Below, one piece after another: positions 25,651 through 36,831 of a stretch of DNA of 64,000 nucleotides (positions within the stretch are counted from its first letter, which is position 1; each line of letters opens with the position of its first letter). The notes beneath the pieces are model-generated. The model searched no databases. It was given only the letters and a program-made list of their open reading frames with translations, and was not told where the DNA came from. The stretch comes from Callorhinchus milii (lineage: Eukaryota), in assembly GCF_018977255.1 (NCBI RefSeq), contig NW_024704742.1:85934001-85998000 (forward strand), in the 5' to 3' direction. The position numbers were made by a program, and so were the translations under genes.

Positions 25651-25718
25651 CTGGATGAAATGCAGCAAAAGTGATAAGGATGTCTCTTAACACCATTAGG
25701 TTGGTCACACCTTCATTT
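25651..25718 (-). CDS. TBC-domain Rab-GAP, exon 5
   Basis: ctatag|A..G|gtact; NEGVTNLMVLRDILITFAAFHP; phase 2-1. Confidence 0.9.
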
Positions 25719-26328
25719 CTATAGAAAAGAAAACAAGGAATAATCGAGAAACGTAATTGAACATGAAACAAAATACTATTAACATTCATTCTGAACTGAG
25801 CAAAATGCAATGGGGTAACATTCCACTTAGGTCTAAATTCACTCTATTAAACTAGAATTTCAGACCATCCAGAATTTGACAATTTGGTTCTTAAAAGAAC
25901 TTACAGAAAAATGTCTTAAATTAAGACTGTATTTAAGAATTTGCCAAATTCTGAATACGCTGAAATGCTAATGTTAATCAGCCCCTTGGGACGTCCTCCC
26001 GACTTGAAAGGCGCTCTGCAAATGTAATTTTATATTTTATATTTTAAAGTAATCCGTACCCTAAAATTCACTAAGTTAGAACTGGAATGTTTATAATTCT
26101 GCCACATCGGAAGTTTTTTTGTTTAAATTGTAATTACTTGACCAGTTAAAGCTCACATCAATTTCATTAAACATTAAAATGAACATGTTTGGCTGCACAC
26201 ATTAGCAACTGGAATTGATTTTGAAAGGATTAGAGAGATCTTATATGCCAAGCCCAATCTCTTCATGGAGCAAAGTTGATATTTAATTCCATTTGTGGTT
26301 TGCGTTAGTAATAGAAAATTATCATTTA

Positions 26329-26669
26329 TAATAATAATAAACTTGCATTTGATATAGTGCCTTAGCACGTCTTCAAGACATCTCAAAGTACTTCAACAGA
26401 TTATACTATAAAGTGAATTGACTGTATATTTTGTGGGCAAAACTCAGCAGCCAACAGTCGTGGATTGCAGTGACCAATTTTTTTTAAGGAATTATTATCC
26501 GCGGGAAGCGGTCTGCCAATCGACTAACAACCAGGTTCCTATTTATTGTTAGGTAAACAGGGGTGTGTGCAGTAAGGAAACTTGTCCAACATTTCACCCT
26601 GCCAGGAATCGAACCCAGGTCTCTCGCTTGCAAGGCAAGTGCTCTAAGCACTGAGCTCCAGGACTACAC
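26329..26669 (-). mobile_element. tRNA-derived SINE (same family)
   Basis: Same head and tail motifs. Confidence 0.85.
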
Positions 26670-27072
26670 AAATTTATGAATGGCAATGGCATTAAAGTAT
26701 AAAAAAAATCAAGAGTAAAAAGAGATTTATGAATCAGAGACTAGATTATTTTTGACAAGGATCAAATTACTTCCAATTTAGCAATTCTAGGTATGAAATT
26801 CAGTCTATTATTAATTATTTCAAAGAAAGGATTGCTATGTTCCATTTTTACACTAGGAACCCCAGTGAAACAGAGTGATTTGCTTTTTAAAGCAGGTGTA
26901 AAAAATATTTCCCTATTGTATATGCTCTGAAAGGAAATGGAGCTCTTTTCTGAATTTGCCTTGCAAATTGGTGTCAGCTTGGCTTAATTGCTACCCTGGG
27001 TCAGAAAGTTGTGGGTTCAAGTTCCATATCTAAGACAACACTCCAGTTGTGGGAATACTGCATTGATGGGAG

Positions 27073-28408
27073 TAATAATAATGATAATAATAATCCTTGC
27101 ATTTGATATAGCGCTTTTCACGTCTTCTAGACGTCTCAAAGCGCTTCAAGAATATGCTGTAAAGTGAATTGACTGTATATTTGTGGGCGAAACGCAGCAG
27201 CCAATTGCACACAGCAGTGTCCCACAAACAGTCGTGGATTGAAAATGACCAATTTATTATTGTTTTGTTTTGGAGGGATTACTATTAGGCGTGTGGAGTA
27301 AGGAAACTTGCCCAAGGTTTCGCCCTCTGCCTGGAATTGAACCCAGGTGTCTCGCTTGCAAGGCGAGTGCTCTAACCACTGAGCTACAGGACTCCATGTG
27401 AGTAGATCTGAGAAAGTTGTTACCAGCATAATCTGTTGTACAAGGCAGTTAACTTTTGGGACATTCTGGCTGGAAACCAAAATAGAAATGACAACATTCT
27501 AAACAAAATAACATTGGTCATTCACTTCATAGCTGTTTGTGTGACACTGCAGTGTACAAAATTGTTGCCACATTTGCCCACAAAATAATAATAATAATCC
27601 TTGCATTTGATATAGCGCTTTTCACGTCTTCTAGACGTCTCAAAGCGCTTCACAGAATATGCTATAAAGTGAATTGACTGTATATTTGTGGGCGAAACGC
27701 GGCAGCCAATTGCGCACAGCAATGTCCCACAAACAGTCGTGGATTGAAAATGACCAATTTATTATTGTTTTGTTTTGGAGGGATTATTATTAAGCGATTA
27801 TTATTATTAAGGAAACTTGCCCAAGGTTTCGCCCTCTGCCTGGAATTGAACCCAGGTGTCTCGCTTTCAAGGCGAGTGCTCTAACCACTGAGCTACAGGA
27901 CTCCATGTGAGTAGATCTGAGAAAGTTGTTACCAGCATAATCTGTTGTACAAGGCAGTTAACTTTTGGGACATTCTGGCTGGAAACCAAAATAGAAATGA
28001 CAACATTCTAAACAAAATAACATTGGTCATTCACTTCATAGCTGTTTGTGTGACACTGCAGTGTACAAAATTGTTGCCACATTTGCCCACAAAATAATAA
28101 TAATAATCCTTGCATTTGATATAGCGCTTTTCACGTCTTCTAGACGTCTCAAAGCGCTTCACAGAATATGCTATAAAGTGAATTGACTGTATATTTGTGG
28201 GCGAAACGCGGCAGCCAATTGCGCACAGCAGTGTCCCACAAATAGTCGTGGATTGAAAATGACCAATTTATTATTGTTTTGTTTTGGAGGGATTATTATT
28301 AGGTGTGTGAAGTAAGGAAACTTGCACAAGGTTTCGCCCTGCCTGGAATTGAACCCAGGTGTCTCGCTTGCAAGGCGAGTGCTTTAACCACTGAGCTACA
28401 GGACTCCA
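27073..28408. repeat. Tandem duplication, period ~509 bp (SINE + 186-bp spacer), three SINE copies
   Basis: Identical spacer starting GTGAGTAGATCTGAG at 27398 and 27907. Confidence 0.93.
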
Positions 28409-28855
28409 TACAGTCACAGCACTTTACAGTATATCCTGGAAAGCACTTTGGGACATCAAGGGCGCTATCCAAATCTAAGGAATTTTGAACAAGGTTGCAT
28501 ACAGTGGAATGGACTGGTGTCAACAGGTGTTAATAGGGCCATTATACACTACCTTTCACAATTCTAATTGTGATCGCAGCATAATTGTTGAAATAACTTT
28601 TGTGAGGTGTCTCACCACTTGGCAGAAAAACTTTAAATCTGTAAGAATGATATCCTAAGTAAATGTAGCTTTTAAGAAGGAAGTAGGCAGGCATATGAAA
28701 CAGAGGGGCTTGAAAGGGAATGAAGATATGGCAGGGAGATGGGATTGAACTTGCTCCTTGCTCTGTGAGTCGGTGAGGAATCCATGGGCCTCACTCTGTG
28801 CTGTGAAACTGAACCCTTTTCCCATTGTTGTTAGTTTAACTTCCCTCACTAAATT

Positions 28856-28906
28856 TCACGTGCTCCCGACGTGAAAGGCGCTTTACAAACGTAATCTTAT
28901 TGTTGT
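28856..28906 (+). mobile_element. 51-bp L2 tail-only insertion with TAAATT TSD
   Basis: CCCGACGTGAAAGGCGCTTTACAAACGTAATCTTATTGTTGT between TAAATT copies at 28850 and 28907. Confidence 0.85.
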
Positions 28907-29061
28907 TAAATTGTACATTACGAGTTTTGTTTTTACCTTTTTATTCTTATTTAAGAGAGGCCGTGAGGAAGATGATGATAAATTTATTGTATATCAGACA
29001 CAGTGTCATAGTGAGACTGCAGCATTTCAAAACTATTGCTGCCTTATCTGTACCCACTTAC

Positions 29062-29165
29062 TGGTAATAATCTAGGACCCGTTCTGTTCTTGGCACATCT
29101 TTGTCTATGATCCTAATCGCTTCATGCAGGTCATGCACATTGATTTGGTGACGATCCACGTAAAC
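29062..29165 (-). CDS. TBC-domain Rab-GAP, exon 4 (Arg finger)
   Basis: ttccag|GTT..CA|gtaag; VYVDRHQINVHDLHEAIRIIDKDVPRTERVLDYY; IxxDxxR motif. Confidence 0.93.
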
Positions 29166-29244
29166 CTGGAAAAATTACACAAAATGCAACATTATGTGGT
29201 CTTGCTAACATTTCAGAATTTAGCATTCATTTAACACTAAACAC

Positions 29245-29520
29245 TCCTCATGGCCTAGAGGGTAAAGCACTGCCCACTCCAGAATGAAGCTACACAGACC
29301 AGAAGGCTGCGAGTTTCAATTCCATTCTGTGTTCAGTTATCTGATATCAGTTGGAACAGTGGTAGGGATGCTGCAATTCGCCTCAGTGCCCCTGACCTAG
29401 GGAGGGCCAAATAGGCCAAGATTGTGTTCCACATCGATATCCATTAATCCCTGCCAGCAAATGTGTATGTATGGAGTCAGGTGAGGACAGAATTGGACTC
29501 AGTTGTGAAATCAGCCATAC
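29245..29520 (+). mobile_element. Old tRNA-like SINE of a different family (related copies on - at ~1660-1820 and ~21130-21320)
   Basis: Shared GCCTCAGTGCCCCTG..CTAGGGAGGG..GGTGAGGACAG motif among copies. Confidence 0.5.
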
Positions 29521-29838
29521 AGTTCAACACTTACTATCACATGAGTAAAGACCACATTAATGAGGTACTAGAGGATTCTTATGGATCCACTTCAGGAGAT
29601 AAAAAATTAGTCAAACAAATTCAGGGGAGGAGAAAATTTGGTCCAAAAAAGAGCATAGAATCTGCATTGTATCTGGGAATGATGTATCCACAACAACAAC
29701 TTGCATATAGTGCCCTTCGTGTGGGTTAGCGTCCCGGAGCGCTTGTGTCACACAAGGAGACTTAGAAGAGCAGTTGTCCCATTGCTTTTAGTTTAACTTC
29801 TCCCAGTAAATTGTACATTATGAGGTTTTGGTTGATAT

Positions 29839-30040
29839 ATGACACTGCGTGAAGCGATTAGGATCATAGACAAAAATGTACCAATAACAGAACGGGTCCT
29901 AGATTACTGCCAGTAAGTGGGCACAGACAAGGCAGCAACGATTTTTGAAATGCTGCAGTCTCACTATGACACTAGTCTGATATACTATGAATTTATCATT
30001 CAACTTTCTTACAGACTCTTTTAAATAAGAACATAAAAGC
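29839..30040 (+). repeat. Inverted duplicate of TBC exon 4 3' part plus intron 4 start (28930-29134)
   Basis: GAAGCGATTAGGATCATAGACAAAAATGTACCAATAACAGAACGGGTCCTAGATTACTGCCAGTAAGTGGG is the reverse complement of the exon 4/donor region, with scattered substitutions. Confidence 0.9.
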
Positions 30041-30585
30041 AAGATACTGCAGCATTTCAAAACCAATGCAGCCTTACCTGAGATGCCAATAGGACTCACC
30101 AATGTCAATGTACTTTCAGAAATTTGTCTATACAATTTCAACACTGAAATACTTAGCGTAGAAAAAAGCTATAGCATCTATAGGCTGCAGAGTCCTGAAT
30201 ATGTGAGTGCTCCACACCCCCTCTGTGGATGCCATCACATGTGATAGAAATCAAACTAACATTTCACACAGGGAGGGAGAAAATACTATGCAATGGGCAG
30301 AGAGCTGCCTTGACAGAATATCTTCTGCCACCCTCTTGAATGGAAAGAATAATAAAAATATATACATGCACAAAATTAGGAAATTCTGTTACATTTCTGT
30401 ACTACGCTTGTGATGCTGAGCATTATAATTCATTCGCAATAAAGTTGGATCAACTGTACAACAAATTCTTTATTAGACATGTACCCTCTTAACTGTAAAC
30501 GACAATTCATGGTATCCTTAGTGTTTGTGAAACAACTTTTTGATGTACATTCTCCAGAAATAGACCTGCTGTTCATGCAAACTAC

Positions 30586-30710
30586 CTTTGCCTGCAGTTC
30601 TATAAAGGTCATCTGCTCATTCCTTTCATCAGATAGATCCACATCTGGCCCTTTAAGATTACAGCTGTTTCCAGTTTGTTGATAAGCGAGGGCAGCTTCA
30701 TAAAGTTCTG
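30586..30710 (-). CDS. TBC-domain Rab-GAP, exon 3
   Basis: cctgcag|CAG (NAGNAG)..AAG|gtagt; ELYEAALAYQQTGNSCNLKGPDVDLSDERNEQMTFIELQAK; phase 1-0 links exons 2 and 4. Confidence 0.75.
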
Positions 30711-31579
30711 CTGCAGGGGCAAAATGTGAAACAACTCTAGTTAGTCCAAGAAGTAACTTCCCAAGTAAGATTGAAACTAAGGAACATCCAGTTGAACAAA
30801 TAGTGCTAAAACAGTTAAAATACATTAAAAAGGTATTGCAGAGCTCCTAAAGGAACCACAGCAATAGTAATGTTTATGTGTTTTTGCTGGATTCTAATAG
30901 AGTATACTAACCATATGTACATCAAGAACAGTGAGCACCTACATTGGTAATGCACGTCTGGATTGACGAAACTCGAAGAAGAGATCACCAGTATTAGCTG
31001 GATTGAGGTTGTCACGAAGGCAATGGAGGCATGAAGAGTGAAGTGGACAATATTGCAGAGAATGGTGTCAAACAGGAATGATGTTAGAAAACTCACATGC
31101 CAACCCATCAACCTCTGGGAGAGGATGGATAGGAAGGGGAGAGAAGGAAAACACTGATAACACAGATAAAAGAAATAAAGAGTTCACAGAATCTTCAGAA
31201 AATTCAAGTATAATTTTCTAATAGATCAGATGGTTGCCCACCACTTCATTACTGCAATTGTGACAATCAAAGCATGGCATATGAGTATATCAGTGTAAAC
31301 ATTGCTGGGAGTAACAAAAGCCTCTTTCGTTAGCTGTCTTTAGGGTCTAATTTATAATGCTGTATTCGCAAAAGGGGAAAAGCTGTGATTTCTGAAAGAT
31401 ACTAAAGTGTAAACAAAGGCAGGAAAGCCAGAAACAAACATCCCCACAATCGCCTTTGTTCTAAAGCTTTTTTTTCACACTTGGCAGTTTTCGGAATTGA
31501 CAATCTTGATCTAATCATTCAGGCTGACTGGGGAGGCTGAATTAGCACTTTCCTTCAAACTTTCCCCAAACACCTCGTT

Positions 31580-31885
31580 CTAGGAACATAGGAGGAGTGG
31601 GCCATTCAGACCTTTGAGGCTGTTCCGCCATTTAATTAGATCACAGATGATTTGTACCTCAACTAATCTTTCAATTCCAATTTCCCACTTTCTCCCCATA
31701 TCCCTTAATACCCTGACCTACCAAAAATATATCAACCTCACTCTTGAAGATGTGGATGGATCCAGCATCCACGGTCTTTTGGGGGAGAGAATTCCAGTTT
31801 TCCAACACCCGTCGAGTGAAAAAAATGCTTCCTGATTTCACTCTTAAATGGCTGGTTCTAATTTTAAGACAATGCATTCTAACGA
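31580..31885 (-). mobile_element. CR1 LINE 3' fragment
   Basis: IFFTRRVLENWNSLPQKTVDAGSIHIFKSEVD peptide. Confidence 0.82.
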
Positions 31886-32029
31886 GGAACCACTGTATAA
31901 TAAAAAAGATCACTACAGGGAAACCTTGTTATAATATGGTTGGGTGGGTTCAATAACTCACCATATAGACCAAGTGCAAAAAATGTTCGAATTCTATCAG
32001 ATCACAGTTGACATCACTTTCTGGACATA

Positions 32030-33392
32030 GTGGTCCCCTCCTCTTCAACATCTATATGCTGCCTCTTGGTGATGTAATCCGCAGACATGGCGTCAACTTC
32101 CACATGTATGTGGATGACACCCAACTCTATCTTTCTGCCTCCACCCTCGACTCCAGAACCATTGCTGTCCTAACAAAATGTCTGTCAGACATCAAGTCCT
32201 GGATGAGAGCCAACTTTCTTCAGTTGAATGTCAACAAGACCGAGGCTCTCCTGATTGGCTCCCGTCAGCGCCTCCTCACCTCAGGCACTGACAGCATCAC
32301 CATCCATGGTTGCACACTTCACCTCACTGAGCCAGTCCGCAACCTTGGGGTCTTGTTTGACCCTCAACTATCCTTTCTACCCAACATCCGTGCCATGACC
32401 TGCTCTGCCTTCCCCCACCTCCACAACAGGTGGAATCCTGTAGCTCAGTGGTTAGAGCACTCGCTTTGCAAGTGAGAGACCTGAGTTCAATTCCAGGCAG
32501 AGGGCAAAACCTTGGGCAAGTTTCCTTACTCCACACGCCTAATGATAATCCCTTTAAAAAAAAACAATAATAAATTCGTCATTTTCAATCTACGACTGTT
32601 TGTGGGACACTGCTGTGCACAATTGGCTGCCGCGTTCGCCCACAAATATACAGTCAATTCACTTTACAGTATATTCTGTGAAGTGCTTTGGGACGTCTAG
32701 AAGACGTGAAAAGCGCTATATCAAGTGCAAGGATTATTATTATTATTATTATAATAACATCACCCGGCTCCCCCCTGTCTCACACCGCAAGACACCAAAA
32801 CCTTCATACACGCATTCATAACATGGAGACTTGAGTATGCAAACGCATTGCTTGTTGGCCTCCCCAACTCCTCCATCCATTGGCTGCAGATCATCCAGAA
32901 CTCTGCAGCCCGTGTCCTCTCGCGCACCAGGCTCTGTGACCCTATCACCCTCATCCTTGCCCAACTCCACTGCTTCCCATTACTCAGAGGATACAGTTCA
33001 AGATCTTGGTCCTCACCTTCAAAGCCCTCTATGGCCTTGCTCACCCCTACCTCTGCGATCTCCTAACCCACCATCTTGCCCGCTCCCTCTGTTCAGCAGG
33101 CTCTAGCCTGCTTCACGTCCTCCACCTCACCCGGCACACCGTTGGTGGGCAGGCATTCTGCCACTCTGCCCCCACCCCCTGGAACTCCATCCTGCAGTCC
33201 CACTGCCTCGCCCCCTCCCTTGCCTCCTTCAAGACCCTTTTCTTCAACCGTGTTTTCAATCACCCTGCTTGCCACCCTGCCCTCCATTCTCCCCAATCCT
33301 GACCCCCAGTTTGGATCCGAAACACTGACTGTCCAGCGACTTGGGACGTCCTCCAGATGTGAATCGCACTATACAAATGTAATGTTGTTGTA
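32030..33392 (+). mobile_element. L2 fragment including RT YVDD region, interrupted by SINE
   Basis: GPLLFNIYMLPLGDVIRRHGVNFHMYVDDTQLYLS..WMRANFLQLNVNKTE. Confidence 0.92.
32430..32752 (+). mobile_element. tRNA-derived SINE inserted into L2
   Basis: Interrupts L2 at CACCTCCACAACA|TCACCCGG with ACAACA/ATAACA target-site duplication. Confidence 0.9.
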
Positions 33393-36300
33393 ATGTTCAG
33401 GAGGTGAGAAAAGTGGCAACCTGAAGATCCAGAAATCATACTTTTTTGTAGCATAGGATACTGGGGGCTGACTCTGTGTTGGAAGCCCGGTATACTGAGC
33501 TCCCGATTTGCGCAAGATAGTCCCATTCTATACCTGAGGCAGTGTTCTTTGAAAGGCTTTATAATGAGGTTCCCCTGAACTTTGAGTGATCATAGTACTT
33601 TAGACCCCTTTGTAAGAGCTGATGCCTCCATGATTCTCATTTACATTCTTTACAAGATCACAAGCTGCTTTGATCCCATCCTTCCAGAAGACCCATTTTA
33701 CTGTTTTTCCGACCTGAAAGGAACTATATAAATGTAATTTGTCGTTGTTTCTATCCAGCTGTTATTAGTATGGATGAACTGCAGCTATGCTGCAAAGTGT
33801 GTGTGGGTGTGTGTGTATGGGGGGAGTGTCTAAGACATTATTCTCGTGGGGTATTTTTAGGAACTCTTTCACTTTCCATCAATGCCTTATATTTTTAAAA
33901 GGCTAGTTTGGATTGGAATCAAAATGGAGCACAAGTAGTAGTTTACTGCATTTGCCTTGCAATGCCAAATCATATGATCACAGGAGCCTGTCATGTGTAG
34001 CTACAATCTATCTCACTTCCTCCCAGGACGGTGAGAACTCCTCTAGTTTGTAAAGCAGTACACTGTCTGGAAATACATTTGAGTTCTTCGTCGTCTTTGT
34101 GGGATAAATTCCACAACAGCTGCTGCACTTTTGATTGCCAAACATTCAACAATGTTCTGTATGTCTTTAAACCAGTGATCAAGCCGTACAAGTGGGCTGA
34201 GTGCCCAGGCCACTCACAGCCAAGATAAAATGGCAGTCTGCTCCTCCAGAAGCAGTCGTTGCAGTTATCTTTGGTGGCATTGGGACACCATCTCTCTGGT
34301 GAGTCTTGTCACCTCCGCATGCAGCAGGTCTGCCTTGTACTACTAAGTGGGGTGACATCAGCAACACTATGATAAAGGAAATGAGCCATGACACTGAATT
34401 GGTCCAGATCTTAAAGCAATTAATTCATAATGCTTCTCCCCAAATTGGAGCACTGTTCAGCTCAGCACTGTTTCAGCTTCAGCTCTGCTGAAATAAAAGC
34501 AAATTCCTGTTGACATGTGGTTTTCTAAGACACTTGAGCCTTAATGCAGTTTGATCGGTGGTAAAATCAAAGCCCTATTGAAATCAAACTTTCCTTTAAT
34601 ATACATTGATCTCATTGGGGTGTCACTAAAAATAGATCAAACTGGTAGCTACTCTAAAATATATCAGGGAACTATCAGCTAGCTATATTTTCAGATATAC
34701 TTTGCAAAATGCTGTTGACACTACAATAAATCACTACACACTCCTGATCTAAACCAATTGTTTTATCTTTATGCTGCTATGTTTTATCTTTATGCTGCTA
34801 TGCTTGCTGTGTTGCTAGTATAGCAATGGTATTGGACAAGAACTTTTTATTTTCTTAGCAGTATATAAATGCAAGTTGTTGTTCTGCATTAATAACAATC
34901 CTTGCATTTGGAGGTTGTTTGAAAGTGCATCACAGAATTTACTGTACAAGTGACTGTATTTTGTAGGCAAAATTATGATTTAGTAAAAGCATTTATCAAA
35001 AAGTCCTGAGAGAGTTGATATTGCATTGTTCTGTGTTCCATTCCGTTGAACTCGTGCCTACAGAAGAAAGTTTGCAAAGCATTTCCAACTTATTGATTTG
35101 TTTTTTTCCTGACTCACTTTTCCTAAAATGATTCTGCATGTTGCTATCTTTCTCTGGGTTTTCACTCAGCATTTCTTGGTCGAATTTGTCCTTTTTATTC
35201 GTTCGTCCACACAACACAGTCATTACACTTTACAGTAAATCCTATGAAGTGCTTTGAGATGTCCTCCTGACATAAAAGGCGCTATACCTTAAGGATAGGA
35301 TTATTTTTATGGATTTTACCTAAATGCACTCATGGATCTTTCTGATATTTTGTTTTCGCTATGATTGTCTGCACGTTTTTGCTTCAGTGTGATTTCTAAA
35401 TTTACCCCATCCGCCCAGCCAAACAAATCTGTGGGGTGGCTCTATCTGGGATTCGACATAATACTGATGGCAAAGAGAAGAGTTGGGAGGGAAAGTGCAT
35501 TTAACTCCCCCCACCCCCAAGGCAGAAGCAAATCCTAGGGCAATACTTAAACATATTATACACAGCAGACCCTGTTAGAACATGGCAGCTGATGGCCATA
35601 AAATCTCAACCAGCCTCATCAGGGCGTGCGAGCTGGTCTTGACCTCTAATGGCGTCAGTGCGCATTTCAGCAGAAATCCAACCAGCTTCCAACCTGTGGC
35701 AAAAATGGCTGACTTCTGGGCACTGATGATGTGACTTCCTGCACGCTACACAATGCCCTGGAAGTGTCAGCCATGTCAAGTTGGCCTGTGGCCTGGACTT
35801 TTTTTGAAAGATTTTAATAGAGTGAATAAGAAACGCAAGGTGGAGAGATCTAAATACAACACTGTGTATATACTGGAGTGAGAAAGAAGAAAGAAAGATA
35901 AGCACAGCCCCGGAACCATACAGAGATCCATTAACCACCCCACTGTTTTCAGATCCGCAGTGAGGCCAGTTCCAATTAGTACGATTATCGGGCTCTCTAC
36001 TGCACTTGATAAAGGTACTGTCTGATGTAAATATAAATCAGACCAGTAGCTATCAGATTTGAACATTAGAGTGTTCTGAGTAGCTGATCTAAGCCGAAAT
36101 GTGAGTGGAGAGACCAAAATTGGCTGTAGTGTATCTGGATTAGAGAGGAATATCAGCCAACGTTCCTAAACCAATCTGACCTCCACCGGAGATACATGTC
36201 TGTACAAAGATAGAGTTGGGCTAAGCTTTGAATAGCTACTTTCTGAACATTTGCAAGAGCTACAAGAGTGGACTGTGGAACCGCATGACAGCATTATTCA

Positions 36301-36645
36301 GTACCTCAGGAGAGGAGGGTATGAAAGAAAACTGTGTGGAGAAACATGATGAGAAGAAAAACAATACAGTGAGTTGCTAATTGTCACTTCACGCTCGAAG
36401 CCTTTAATTTAAAAACGATTCCCATAAGACATGACCATAAATCTCCTGAATCATCGACTATTCCAACAATTACATTCAACCCCTGAGATATTATTTTCTT
36501 CATATTCACTTGTTATTCTAATTCTTGGAAAATTGGATTTTTCCTTTTTTAAACAAAATCCACAATTTCAGGAAAAGCAAAAGTCAAAAAGGATTCCATT
36601 TTCTATTCTGACTGATAGAAATAAGTACGGAATAGTAGCACTTAC

Positions 36646-36831
36646 TGTCTGACTCGTCCACTCTCATTCTTGTACCACTTGGCATAAGGGATTGCCATCT
36701 GCACTTCATCATCTTGTACCGGACAAATAGCTCCAGCGCCAGCGCTTTGCGTTCTCGTGCTGTGGAGGTGCAGGGATACATCCCGAACAAAAATTTCCAT
36801 GCATCTTTCCGTATACTGGGATCCACACCAC
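36646..36831 (-). CDS. TBC-domain Rab-GAP, exon 2
   Basis: gtttag|GT..A|gtaag; GVDPSIRKDAWKFLFGMYPCTSTARERKALALELFVRYKMMKCRWQ (TBC RxxxWxxL motif). Confidence 0.92.

Noticed and set aside
27320..27396. tRNA-Ala gene (and similar heads at 2810-2885, 4271-4345, 32430-32500)
   Set aside because: Lacks a proper acceptor stem and continues into SINE body and tail; these are SINE heads
29839..29915. Exon of a second, + strand TBC gene
   Set aside because: Partial copy with no acceptor, catalytic residues mutated (DKNVPIT), no other exons
34219..34490. Extra TBC exon on - (ttttatttcag ... gtgagt)
   Set aside because: Stop codon in the required phase and no TBC similarity; exons 2 and 3 already join in frame
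34759..34803. 21-bp tandem duplication (also small ones near 1050-1125 and 53690-53740)
   Set aside because: Ordinary slippage events with no further structure
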